From: Squalus acanthias | Taxonomy: Eukaryota | Length of the DNA stretch: 64,000 nt | Assembly: GCA_030390025.1 (NCBI GenBank) | Contig: CM059425.1 | Coordinates: forward strand, 163,496,001-163,560,000 | Direction of reading: 5' to 3' | In this document: positions 38,821 through 51,129 of the stretch, one piece after another | Numbering within the stretch: position 1 is the stretch's first letter | Layout: each line of letters opens with the position of its first letter | The notes under the pieces: generated by a model | Database searches by the model: none | What the model saw: only the letters and a program-made list of their open reading frames with translations | Told to the model about the DNA's origin: nothing | Position numbers and translations under genes: made by a program

Positions 38821-39250
38821 TAAAAACGCTGCAGCTTGCCATTAAAGGGGAAGCTGTGATGAGGATAGAAATGTGGCGTAATTGATCACAATGGCGCACT
38901 GGAGACATGACGGCAACAGTGCTCCCTTTGATGCTGAAGACATCCTGCTGGAAGAGGTATACCAAAGGAGAATGGCCCTATTTAGGACTGAAAACCATCC
39001 TCCTGTAGAAGTACAGGGGCAAACTGCATGGTTTCTAACTCATGAAATCCAGTTCAACATCTGTAAGAACTCAGGCACTGGTCTGACCTTTAATTACTTT
39101 CAATCATTTTAGTAAAAGTATCTAACTAATCTTGTTTTTTGTATGAACTGTTAGCGGGCTGACAATTCAGTCAATTTACTTTACTATTTTAATCCCATTC
39201 TCAGCCAGATCCATTCTGTGCTTTTCAGGCTTATTTTAGAGTAATATTCC

Positions 39251-39577
39251 ACATACTGCAGCAACTCGCCAAGGCTTCCTTGACAGCTCCTCCCAAACCC
39301 GCGACCTCTACCACCTAGAGGGACAAGGGCAGCAGGTGCATAGGAACACCACCACCTCCAAGTTCCCCTCCAAGTCACACACCATCCTGACTTTGAAATA
39401 TATCGCCGTTCCTTCATTGTTGCTGGGACAAAATCCTAGAACTCCCTCCCTAACAGCACTGTGGGAGTACCTTCACCACATGGACTGTAGCTGTTCAAGA
39501 AGGCGGCTCACCACCACCTTCTCGGGCAATTAGGGATGGACAATGCCCACATCCCGTGAATCAATTAAAAAAAAAAC
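39251..39577 (+). mobile_element. 3' fragment of the tRNA-headed LINE family
   Basis: Matches 59370-59710 and ends in an A-run. Confidence 0.88.
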
Positions 39578-40061
39578 GTAAATGATTCTCCAACAAACAC
39601 TGATGCATACACCAGTGGTTAGTTGCCAGGATTCCTGCTTCTGGAATATAAGGTTGTAACATCACTCTATACCTGAAGAATTTCAGCTAATTGAGAGATG
39701 AATTTTTAAAATGCAGAAAATTCATTAAATTTGAGGAAACTACCATATTTAGCTTTAAATAATGGTTTGGCATTGGAAGACTTTTCCCATTGACTTTGCA
39801 TGAGAGGACAGTGAAGTGCTGAATTCTGAATCCAAAATCCCCAAATATGAAGAGCAATAGCAAAGTAGTCTTGTTTTTTGGTGCTGGGAAACAACAGGAT
39901 AAACTTAACACTTATGCAACATATGCAGTCCTCATACTGTCTGAGAAAACTGCATCTGCATCATGTACAAACTATTTTCCACTTATAGTTGAACTTCATT
40001 CTCAGCTGTCTGGATCTTTGTGATTCTGATTCTTGTGCTTATTCTGTGCACAATTTTGCAG

Positions 40062-40167
40062 TTGGAATACTTTATCATCCAGTGTTTAAAACAGAAGACC
40101 TCTCCGAAGAAAAAGAAACGGAGTAGCAGACCCCAGATAATCCCACCGCCTAGACTTAGAGAGCCAG
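40062..40167 (+). CDS. RHOBTB3: RHOBTB3 internal exon (linker / proline-rich region)
   Basis: ttttgcag acceptor, gtaaga donor. Reads LEYFIIQCLKQKTSPKKKKRSSRPQIIPPPRLREP, continuing the previous exon in phase 0 (RHOBTB3 'LEYFMIQALNQKTS...IRPPQLEQP'); ends phase 1. Confidence 0.93.
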
Positions 40168-41753
40168 GTAAGAGATGTTAAGGGAAGGCGAGTGCCTGTA
40201 TTCAGCTTATGTGATGGGAATATGGAAAATGGGCAAATGATTCTGTTGATTGTCATATACTCCAGGAAAACTTGTCTTATTTATATCATCAAAGATACTG
40301 TCACTAATGATATTCCATCATTAAAATTGAATGGTCGCCTCAGAATGAGGGTCAGCCATGGGAATAGGTGGCACAGTAGGTCAGAACACGACCTATTTCT
40401 GGAAGTTGGCTGTAAATCCAATCCATACCGAGAGGATAAAACTCTCCTTTTTCAACTGGCTGTTTCGGCCCTAGTGAAATGTGTCAGCCAGTCTCAAACT
40501 CGTTCTTACTAGGTTTAGGTCCAGAGCACAAAGCTGCCCATTATTTGTCAATTAAGGATTTAATAATGTATTTTGTTAATACACTAGTTAATGTGTTTGC
40601 ATAATATTCCATTGTTTTAATGCAGTTCTGCTCAGAAGAAACAAAAGGATAGCTAATGTGGGAGTTGGTCCAATAGGAGGTGCTTTCCGGAGGTTAGGAT
40701 ATTGGGGTGAAGTTTGTCTTGTCAATAATTTTAGGAAACAATGTCAATGTGAGTACAGAATGAGAAAACCTATTTTGTGGTCATGACAGCTTTTTTTTGT
40801 GAAATTATCGACAGAAGGAATTTGCCACCATTACAGGGGAGGTAAAAAGAGCTTAGACCACAGCGCCGGCTGAAGTATCTGGAGCGGAGCAGGCCCGGCA
40901 TCTGCTCAGCTCTGCAATATCCAATTTCCCAGAATGGCCTAAAACAGACGTTAGGCTCCACATTTGCCTATGTAATGGTCCTAACATCTGTTTTAAGAGG
41001 CCACCAGGGACGTCTGAAAAATAGCCCAATCCCTTATCGGGTAGGACGTCTTTCAGGCATCCCTTGGCATGGGATGTTGGCTCCTGAAATTGGCCCTTGT
41101 TGCACCCGTTTTCCACCCAAATTTCCACCCTAAGAAATCTGGCTTGTAAGTTAAAAAGAAAGGCCATCTTTCTAATGAAGACTTAAATAAAATTACTGTA
41201 CAGAATTTTTGGGTGGAGATTTTAACATACAATGGTGGCAAGTCACCAAACTAGCGCCTAGAAATTGGATAAGGCTCGAAAATGGGTGGTGTCAAGGGCC
41301 AGCGTTATTTCCCTGCACCCGTTGAAAGTTGTCCAGGCAGCACGCAAAATTCGTGCTGCCTGCTCATTGTAATGATTGGAATGCTGATCTCAGCGCTAAA
41401 CGTGCTGCTGATTGGCTTAGCGCTCAACGAGGGGGCCAATATCTGGAGCAGTCTAATGGCCAGTAATGTTTGACCTAGGCTCTCTGCACTACTTAAAGGG
41501 AAGGTGCTTTGTTGCAGCAGCACCTCATTGTCAGTCAGCCTTAAGCCATGGCACAGCAACCCAGAGAGAAAGCAAGAAGCTTTTCGAATGCTGCACTCAA
41601 GGCCTTGGTAATGGCAGTTGAAAGAAGGCGGGATGTACCGTTCCCGCAGGGTGGCAGGAAGTCATCCAAGTCTTCCAGTAGAAGGCTCTGGCAGGAGATA
41701 GCTACCTATGTCACGGCCACCACTGTTGTGCCAAGGACATGGATCCAATGTCG

Positions 41754-44700
41754 CAGTCTGGGCCTGCGACAGGTGGTGAGAGAAGCAACACGAGGGAAAA
41801 ACCTACTTGACCTTGTCCTCACCAATCTACCTGTCGCAGATGCATCTGTCCATGACAGTATTGGTAGCAGTGACCACCGCACAGTCATTGTGGAGACGAA
41901 GGGGGAGAAATTCAGTATCGCCCCGTTTGGGGCGCAATTATCGGCCGGGCGCAAAGATTAGCGCCTGGCGCTAATTATCGCCACCGACTGCAAACTTGAC
42001 TTTTATCGCCCCTGGAGGTGATTGCAGCGCTATATCAGGCACTTCACACCTGTCTTAAGGCGCAAATGCCGAGGAGCGAGGCGCTACCTCAGAGCGCTGG
42101 CGAAGCTCATGTAATGTCAGTCAGCAATGGAACACACACACAATGGCACAGGCCAGTTCTTAAAGGGGATGGTTAATCTTGCTTTCCATCCACATCCTGC
42201 TCATTGCAGCCTTGAATCTCGGCCTGGAGAGACCTGCACATCAAATGTGCTGGAAAGAACAATGGAGAGTACCAGGCAAAGAGCTCAGAGTGCAGCCCCC
42301 ACAGTCTCTGCTAAATCGATACAAGGAATGGCAAATCAAAATGAACCTGCAAAGTGCTGCTCAGTACCCAAAACTCCTTCACACAACGTTGAATCTCTCC
42401 AGAAGTCTGTCCCTCTCTCTCTCAGAATGCGTAGTTCAAAAATGGCACCAACAATAAAAGGCAGGAAGCGGACACCTTTAAATAGCGCTCCCCCTTTCCC
42501 TTCATGACTGCAGAACGCTCCCTTCAACCTGTCGTTGCTAGCGTCAGGCGGTAAGGCAGGGGGCGCCACTCAATATCCGCTCCGGGGCGATACCGGGGCG
42601 TTGCGCACTCGAGTGACGTCATGATCTGCCGGCGCAGGAGATCGTGGTGGTAGTGTTTAGCGCCGCCGCAAAATGTCTAGTTAATTTCGCGAGCGGCGCA
42701 AACTTCGCCGCGCCTGGGCGCTAGATGCTTTGCGCCCCATTAGCGCCCTCTTAAGGCGCTAATGGAAGGCGCAACCAACTGAATTTTTCCCCCGAAGTCC
42801 CGTCTTCACACTGAGGACACCCTCCATCGTGTTGTGTGGCACTACCACCGTGCTAAATGGGATAGATTCAGAACAGATCTAGCAGCTCAAAACTGGGCAT
42901 CCATGAGGTGCTGTGGGCCATCAGCAGCAGCAGAATTGTATTCCACCACAATCTGTAACCTCATGGCCCGGCATATCCCTCACTCTACCATTACTATCAA
43001 GCCAGGGGACCAACACTAGTTCAATAAGGAGTGTGGAAGAACATGCCAGGAGCAGCACCAGGCGCAGCTAAAAATGAGGTGCCAACATGGGGAAGCTGCA
43101 ACACAGGACTTACATGCATGCTCAACAGCGGAGGAGCATGCTATAGACAGGGCTAAGCGATCCCACAATCAACGAATCAGACCAAAGCTCTGCAGTCCTG
43201 CCACATCCAATCGTGTATGGTGGTGGACTATTAAACAACTAACAGGAGGAGGAGGCTCCATGAATATCCCCATCTTCAATGATGGTGGAGCCCAGCACGT
43301 GAGTGCAAAAGACAACAAGGCTGAGCATTTGCAACCATCTTCAGCCAGAAGTGCCGAGTGGATGATCCATATCGGCCTCCTCCTGAGGTCTCCACCATCA
43401 CAAAAGCCAGTCTTCACCAATTCGATTCACTCCACGTGATATCAAGAAATGGCTGAGCACACTGGATACAGCAAAGGCTATGGGACCTGACAACATCCCA
43501 GCTATCGTGCTGAAGGCTTGTGCTCCAGAACTAGCCACGCCTCTAGCCAAGCTGTTCCAGTACAGCTACAACACTGGCATCTATCCGACAATGTGGAAAA
43601 CTGCCCAGGTATGTCCTGTCCACAAAAAGCAGGACAAATCCAACCCGGCCAATTAGCGCCCCATTAGTCTACTCTCAATCATCAGCAAAGTGATGGAAGG
43701 TGTCATCGACAGTGCTATCAAGCGGCACTTACTCACCAATAACATGCTCACTGATGCCCAGTTTGGGTTCCGCCAAGACCACTCGGCTCCCGACCTCATT
43801 ACAGCCTTGGTCCAAACATGGACAAAGGAGCTGAATTCCAGAGGAGAAGTGAGAGTGACTGCCCTTGACATCAAGGCAGCATTTGACCGAGTGTGGCATC
43901 AAGGAGCCCTAGTAAAACTAAAGTCAATGGGAATCGGGGGGGGGGAAACTCTCCACTGGCTGGCATCATACCTAGCACAAAGGAAGATGGTTGTGGTGAT
44001 TGAAGGTCAATCATCACAGCCCCAGGACATCGCTGCAGGAGTTCCTCAGGGCATTGTCCGAGGCCCAACCATCTTCAGCTGCTTCATCAATGACCTTCCC
44101 TCCAACATAAGGTCAGAAATGGGGATGTTCGCTGATGACTGCACAGTGTTCAGTGCCATTCACAACTCCTCAGGTAATGAGGCAGTCCATGCCCGCATGC
44201 AACAAGACCTGGATGACGTTCAGGCTTGGGCTGATAAGTGGCAGGTAACATTCGCGCCACAGAAGTGCCAGGCAATGACTATCTCCAACAAGCGAGAGTC
44301 TAACCACCGCCCCTTGACATTCAATGGCATTACAATAGCCAATTCCCCCACCATCAACATCCTGGGGCCGCCATTGACCAGAAACTTAACTGGACCAGCC
44401 ACATAAATACTGTGGCAACAAGAGCAAGTCAGAGGCTAGGTATTCTGCGGCGAGTGTCTCACCTCCTGACTCCCCAAAGCCTTTCTACTATCTACAAGGC
44501 ACAAGTAAGGAGTGTGATGGAATACTCTTCACTTGCCTGGATGAGTGCAGCTCCAACAATACACAAGAAGCTCGACACCATCCAGGACAAAGCAGCCCAC
44601 TTGATTGGCACCCCATCTACCACCTTAAACATTCACTCCCTCCACCACTGGCGTACCGTGGCTGCAGTATGTACAATCTACAAGATGCCCTGCAGCAACT

Positions 44701-45030
44701 CATCAAGGCTTCTTCGGCAGCACCTCTCAAACCCGCGACCTCTTCCACCTAGAAGGACAAGGACAGCAGGCGCATGGGAACACCACCACCTTCAAGTTCC
44801 CTTCCAAGTCACACACCATCCTGACTGAGAAGTATATCACCGATCCTTCATCGTCGCTGGGTCAAAATCCTGGAACTCCCTACCTAACAGCACTGTGGGA
44901 GTACCTTCACCACACGGATTGCAGCGGTTCAAGAAAGTGGCTCACCACCACCTTCTCAAGGGCAATTAGGGATGGGCAATAAATGCTGGCCTTGCCAGCG
45001 ACACCCACATCTCATAAACGAATAAAAAAA
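41754..45030 (+). mobile_element. 5'-truncated tRNA-headed-family LINE inserted in the Myb exon
   Basis: Colinear with 57335-59710; RT ORF 43690-44406; AATAAA, hairpin and A-tail at 44978-45032. Confidence 0.93.
41901..42793. mobile_element. CpG-rich Harbinger-type MITE inserted in the LINE
   Basis: TIRs gggggagaaattcagt / actgaatttttccccc (15/16), perfect GAA TSD. The empty site is visible in the paralogous LINE at ~57470-57490. Confidence 0.95.
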
Positions 45031-47026
45031 AAGTTTAATGATCTGACACGGCAGGTCAAGGTGAGTGAAGGCTTCAGCAAATGCCATATCCCACCATCTA
45101 TACCACTAGCCTCACATACTGCTCAATGCACCACACCCCCATCACTCACCTACCAGCAATCTCTACCTATCACCACTCATACCTCACAATCATGGCTTCA
45201 CATCCCCCTCACAACCTTACCACTGCTGTAACACTCACACCCACATCTCACACCTTGCACACACTGACAGTTATTCAACTATGGCAGGCACATCACCCAA
45301 ACACATTGCACCACACTCACTGACACACTTCCCTTTCTTTTGCAGGCAAAGGTGGCTCATAACCGCCAGGAACAACAGCAGACTGGAGGCAGCCAAGCCA
45401 TTGTACAGACCCTCAGCTAACTGGAGGAATCCGTGCTGTGACTGAGGCCGTGGCAACAGGAGAAGTTGAGGCCTTTGCTGACAATGACGGTATGGTCATT
45501 CCTAATCCTTCTTCTCACATCCCACTTCCTCCTCATCCCACAATCTCTTCTCACTTACAAGCTGCTGATGGTGTATGCATGGATATCTTGCTTCCCCCCC
45601 CCCCCCTCCCCTCACCACAACCCGACCCTTGTGCCTTTCTGATTTCAGATACCCAAGAACTGCCAGCAGGCTAGCCTGTCCCTCATGCTGTGGAGGAGAG
45701 TGAAGGAGAAGAAGAATACACACCATCACTGCATCTACCTCTCGCAGACACCAGCTCAGAAACTGGCACTGCGCAGAAAGTAGAGGGTAGGATAGAGGTG
45801 GGATCTGCACATGTTGAGGCACCGCGCACGAGTGGGCTGCAGCAAGGCCAGGGGGAAAGAGTAGCTTGGGAGTGAGCTCCTCGGAGGGTGAGTTCGCACA
45901 CGAGTTCTGCTGCATGGGACTCAGATGATGACCCCGATGGGGCGGCCTTCAGAAGGAGGGTGACGGGCATGCACACCGAAATGCTTGGTGCAATGGCAAG
46001 CCTGCCAGAGAGCCTCTTGTCAATGCCAAGGAGCATGGAGGAGTCCGGCTCCAACATTGGATGTGGCTTTGCACAGATCTTGGAGCCCATGATTTCCAAG
46101 ATGGAAATAATGGACAACTCCAGGAGAGACCTTGTGGACCCAGCCATGATGCTGCGTGTGATGGGCGATGTGGTGGCTTCCATTGCAGCACAGGCGGAAG
46201 CGACCCAATGTTTCAGTGCTGCAGTGGAGACGCAGACTGCTCTCCTACAGGCTCAGCTTGCAGCCACACAACATCAGACTGCTGCCATCGTGGCTGGGTT
46301 TGCGAGTGTCAAAAGGGGGTTGCAGGTTGTCGCAGCAGTCCAGCAATCTGTCCTCCAACAGATGGCTAGGAATGCCGAGGCACCGCCCCGGGGTGTGGCA
46401 ATGGGTCAGTGGAGCAGGAACCTGCTGTCCTCTCTCAGGATGACAGCATTCCTACTCCCACCACTGCCACCCCACCATTGCCCTTGCTGCTGCCTGTCAC
46501 CCAGCCAGCCCAGACTGCTGCCACCCATGCCGATGTGGTGCAGTCCACAGCCGGGCCTTCTAGGTTCACAGCTGGTCGCAGTCTTCCTGCAAGGCCATCT
46601 GAAGTCTCCCACACGGAAATTCAGCAACCTTCCACCAGCCATGCTGCAGCCACTGGGAGAGCACTGCGTAGGAGCACTAGAGTAGGAAAAGACACGAACG
46701 ACAGGTACTAAGGGATTGCACAAGGGCAATTAGTTCATATTGTAATCATAGAATCATAAAAATTTACAGAAGGAGTTCATTCGGCCCATCATGTCTGTGC
46801 CGGCCAAAAAAGAGCTATCCAGCCTAATCCCACTTTCCAGCTCTTGGTCCGTAGCCCTGTAGGTTACGGCACTTCAAGTTCATATCCAAGTACTTTTTAA
46901 ATGTGATGAGGGTTTCTGCCTCTACCACCCTTTCAGGTAGCGAGTTCCAGACACCCACCACCCATTGGGTGAAAAAAATTCTCCTCAACTCCCCTCTAAT
47001 CCTTCTACCAATTACTTTAAATCTAT

Positions 47027-47323
47027 TTTTAAATCTATATTTAAACCTGGCCTGCTGAATTTTTCCCTTCATTTAGCCTCAACCTGTTACATCAACACCT
47101 CCTCTTGCCTTGATTATCTCTTAATGTCTCTCAAGGTCTCCTAATCTCTCCTTTTGTTCTTTCATCCCCTCCCCCTTTTCCCAGCTTTATGCTTGCTTTA
47201 AATCTATTTCATTTCCTGCTTTTTTCCAGTTCTGACGAAAGGTCTTCGATCTGAAACGTTAACTCTGTTTCTCTCTCCACGGATGCTGCCTGGCCTGCTG
47301 AGTTTTTCCAGCGTTTTCTGCTG
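47027..47323 (+). mobile_element. Penelope-like terminal-repeat fragment with 15-bp target duplication
   Basis: TTACTTTAAATCTAT at 47012-47026 and 47324-47338 flanks a non-CR1 insert that contains a hammerhead core. Confidence 0.75.
47228..47264 (+). ncRNA. Putative minimal type I hammerhead ribozyme
   Basis: AGTT-CTGACGA-a-AGGTC ttc GATCT-GAAA-CGT-T-AACT: stem I AGTT/AACT, conserved core, stem II, palindromic helix III, GUU cleavage triplet. Confidence 0.65.
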
Positions 47324-48687
47324 TTACTTTAAATCTATGCCTCTTGGTTATTGGCCTCTCTGCTGAGGGAAATAGGTCCTTGCTATCTACTCTATCTAGG
47401 CCCCTCATAATTTTATACACCGCAATTAAGTCTCCCCTCAACCTCCTCAGTTCCAAAGAAAACAACTGCAGTCCATCCAATCTTTCCTCATAGCTAAAAT
47501 TCTCCAGTCCTGGCAACATCCTCATAAATCTCTTCCATACCCTCTCTAGTGCAATCACATCTTTCCTGTAATGTGGTGACCAGAACTCTGTGTAGTACTC
47601 TAGCTGTGGCCTAACTAGTGTTTTATACAGTTCAAGCATAACCTCCCTGCTCTTGTATTCTATGCCTCGGTTAATAAAGGAAAGTATCCCATATGCCTTC
47701 TTAACCACCTTATCTATCGGTCCTGCTACCTTCAGGGATCTGTGGACATGCACTCCAAGGTCCCTCTGTTCCTCTACACCCCTCAGTATCCTACCATTTA
47801 TTGTATATTCCCTGCCTTGTTAGCCCTCCCTAAATGCATTACCTCACACTTCTCCGGATTGAATTCCATTTACCACTGTTCTGCCCACCTGACCAGTCTA
47901 TCGTTATTTTCCTGCAGTCTACAGCTTTCTTCTGCACTATCAACCACACGGCCAATTTTTGTATCATCTGCAAACTTCTTAATCATGCCCCCTACATTGA
48001 AGTCTAAATCATTGATATATACCACAAAAAGCAAGGGACCTGGAACTGAGCCCTGCGGAACCCCACAGGAAACAGCCTTCCAGTCACAAAAACACCCATC
48101 GACCATTACCCTTTGCTTCCTGCTACTGAGCCAATTTTGGATCCAACTTGTCACTTCACCTTGGATCCCTTGGGCTTTTACTTTTCTGACCAGTCTGCCA
48201 TGTGGGACTTTGTCAAAAGCCTTGCTAAAATCCATGTAGACTGCATAAAATGCACTACCCTCATCGACCCTCCTCAAAAAATTCAATCAAGTTAATCAGA
48301 CACTACCTTCCCTTAATAAATCCATGCTGACTGTTCTTGATTAATCTGTGCCTTTCTAACTGACAATTAATACTGTTCCTCAGAATTTTTTCCAATAATT
48401 TGCTCACCACTGAGGTTAGGCTGACTAGCTTGTAATTACTCAGTCTATCCCTTTCTCCCTTTTTAAACAACGGTACAACGTTAGCTGTCCTCCAGTCCCC
48501 TGCCACCACACCTGTAGTCAGAGAGGTAATATTGATTGAATTGTGCTAAATTTATTAATTTTGTTTGGAATGTTTGTTTTATGGTGGCTCTCATTTCAGC
48601 TTTGTGCCCAGGAGGATGCTGTGATGGTCCATGATAGAGGGATGGTATGATGGGGTTGTGGTGAGCAACGGGGATCTGAGGTTTCAT

Positions 48688-49819
48688 TCATTGGAATCGG
48701 AGACTGATGAGGCGTTCACAGACAGCCTGTCCGGAACAGGAATCTGCTGCCTGCTGCCTCCCTTCCTCCTCGTCCACCTCCTCTTCCTCTACTGCCTCCT
48801 CCTCCTCCTCTCCATCCCGCAGTCCCTGGTAGCAAGGGCTGTGCTCTCGTAATGGCCAAGTTGTGGAGCATGCAGCAGACCACTATGAAATGGGACACAT
48901 GCTCCGGCGAGTACTGGAGGGCTCCTCCCGAGCGGTCAAGGCAGCGGAACCATTGCTTCAGCAGCCCGATGGTCTGCTCAGTGATGTTCCTAGTGGCAGC
49001 ATGACTGTCATTATATGAGTGCTGGGCAGGAGTGGTGGGGTTACAGAAGGAAGTCATCAGCCAGGTGCAGAGCGGATAGCCCTTGTCTCCAAGCAGCCAC
49101 CCTCGGGTTTGACGTGGTGGCTGGAAGATTGCTGGCACACTGCACTGACGGAGGATGAAGGCATCATGACTGTTGCCAGAATAGCGGGCATTGACCTTCA
49201 TGATGCGTTGGGTGTGGTCGCACAACAACTGCACATTAAGTGAGTGGTAGGCTTTGCGGTTACGGAACATCTCAGGATTGTTATGCGGTGCCCGCATACA
49301 TGGGTGCAGTTGATGATGCCCTGCACCATGGGGAAGCCCGCTATCCTGGCAAAGCCACATACCGCTCCCCCTGCTTCTCTCTGTTCAGAGAGAAGACAAC
49401 GTAGTCCCTTCTCCTGCTATAGAGAGCCTCTGTGACATCCCGGATGCAGCGACGGACGGTGAACTGGGAGATGTTAGCTACGTCTCCGGCTGCAGACTGG
49501 AAGGATCCGCTGGCGAAGAAATTGAGGGCCACGGTGATCTTGAGATCGACTGGGAGAGCCGTGTTCACTGTGCTCTGAGGCTGCAGGTCTGGTTGCAGTA
49601 TGCGGCAGAGTTCTGAGACCACCTAATACACTACTCCTCGTTTAAGTGGAGGTAAGAGAAGTGCTCGCGGAAGATGCTAGGTGGGTAAGGCCTCCTGTTG
49701 AGAGCCCTCCTGCCCCTCCTCCTTCTCCCTCTGTGTGCACCTTCTCCTCTTCTTCGCTGCTTCCGCTCCCTCTCCCGAAGATACTTGAGGACGAGGGGGA
49801 CTACATGCAGAGCCCCCAT
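48688..49819 (-). pseudogene. Harbinger DDE transposase (HARBI1-like family), disrupted
   Basis: RRPYPPSIFR, ALNFFASGSFQ, GFPMVQGIINCTH, NRKAYHSLNVQL.CD, GNSHDAFIL, LLGDKGYPL, EQTIGLLKQWFRCLD, CCMLHN, acidic tail, RERLISLRFQ*. Contains stops and frameshifts, and the first catalytic D appears as N. Confidence 0.93.
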
Positions 49820-50489
49820 GAGTGTGAGCAAGTGTTGTGAGCAGAAGCCTTTAAATGAGAATGAAGGTGTTCTCCACTTGCAGCAAGACTCCCTGTCACC
49901 TCAGGAACTTGACACAAGTTTAGAAAGATGCAGGAGTTGCAGAAAGTTACATAGAGCCAGTCAAACTGAGAAACCATGTCAACTGCAAGTTGTTGATGAT
50001 GATATCTTTAAATAGTGCTGCGGGGGGCTCCTTCCTGCTGCTGAACGCTTGGTCAGCTGGTCGTGATTAACACAGGCCGGTAAGTGGAGCGGTGAACATG
50101 AAAATGGAAAATGGGGAGTCAAGTGAGCGTTGCACACTCACTGACGTTACGATCTGCCTAATTTAAATATCTGCAGTGAATGCAGGCATCGACAGCGCTT
50201 CCGATCTCACCAAAATGGCAGCCACCGCGGGACATGCAAGAAGTGGGCGGAAGTGAGGCGGCCGCCATTTTTCCTTCAAAGCGGGCCTGAATGGCCAGCT
50301 CTAAACCCCCGCATTTCTAGGCCTAGATTTTTCCTTTTTATTATATAAAAGGAACATACATAGTGATACTGGGGCTTAAAATTATATACCTACTAGGTTC
50401 ACTTATCATTTAATCAATGAACAGTTATATGCATATTTTTGGTTTTGTACGCAAGTTGCTTATTGGCTCTCTGTTGTTTTTCCTTCTAG

Positions 50490-50855
50490 TCAAACTACCC
50501 TGTTTAAAGATTGAAGAGTCCAGGTACCATCGTGACTTGCTGGACCTATCCTACAGTTCTGTGTGTACAGATGTGGTGTTTTCATCCAAGGATGGACAAG
50601 AAGTGGCTAGAGCTCACAGGGTTGTGCTGTGCACAGCAAGCCACGTCTTCATGTTACTGTTTGGTGTGGAGATTGCCAGTGACCCTGGTGAATTACCTGG
50701 GAAGATTGCTCACAATCTGTTTGTAATAGACCAAAAGGACATTGCGTTGAACTCCAGCCAAGCTTTACTTCAAAACAGCCAGCCAGTAAGGGTCATCATT
50801 TTAGACTCACTGCTCTGTGCCTGCTACTCAGAGGTCTTGAAGTTCATTTACGCAG
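50490..50855 (+). CDS. RHOBTB3: RHOBTB3 internal exon (first BTB domain)
   Basis: ttccttctag acceptor, gtatag donor, 366 nt, phase 1/1. Reads VKLPCLKIEESRYHRDL...CTDVVF...AHRVVLCTASHVFMLLF...CYSEVLKFIYAG, a BTB signature. Confidence 0.95.
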
Positions 50856-51129
50856 GTATAGAACCTGTACCACTGAGGACTTAAGATGCAGTGTTACCAT
50901 CCTGGGAGGTTATAGTTATACTGAATACTCTTGTATAAATTATTTTCTCAAATAGCCATTCTGGAGCAGCTTGTATGTAGTTCCTAAAGTCATAGGTTCA
51001 AATTCCGCTAAAATTATTAAATTGTGATAAAAGATGAATCAGGAAACAGCAATGGGTTAGAATGCTACTCTTTCACCTTTGGAATTCAATCGAGTCCAAA
51101 CTGATAGGATGAAAGTCGCTCCTCTCACT

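Larger units (their letters stand above)
41548..46711 (+). pseudogene. Harbinger Myb/SANT-like gene (3 exons; exon 1 split by a LINE)
   Basis: Exon 1 reads MAQQPREKARSFSNAALKALVMAVERRRDVPFP..LWQEIA..PRTWIQCR | KKFNDLTRQVK, then gtgagt at 45061. Exon 2 is 45346-45489 (AKVAHNRQEQQQTGG..). Exon 3 runs from 45649, with stops and frameshifts. Confidence 0.85.
46747..48525 (-). mobile_element. CR1 LINE 3' portion inserted between the Harbinger genes
   Basis: RT motifs (DFSKAFDKVPH, GVPQGSV, KFADDTK); GTAAT duplicated at 46742-46746 and 48526-48530. Confidence 0.93.
41255..50323. mobile_element. Complete (decayed) autonomous-type PIF/Harbinger transposon with nested insertions
   Basis: TIRs cgcctagaaat / atttctaggcc, TAG TSD (41252-41254, 50324-50326). 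Convergent Myb-like gene (+) and DDE transposase (-). Confidence 0.9.

Noticed and set aside
40704..41130. Possible additional MITE next to the large Harbinger
   Set aside because: TIR match is weak (ggggtgaagttt vs gggtggaaattt) and the flanks do not form a TSD; the ends could not be fixed.
48688..49819. Domesticated HARBI1 gene (and NAIF1/MSANTD-like for the Myb ORFs)
   Set aside because: Stops, frameshifts, a mutated catalytic Asp and flanking TIRs/TSDs show these are transposon copies, not host genes.
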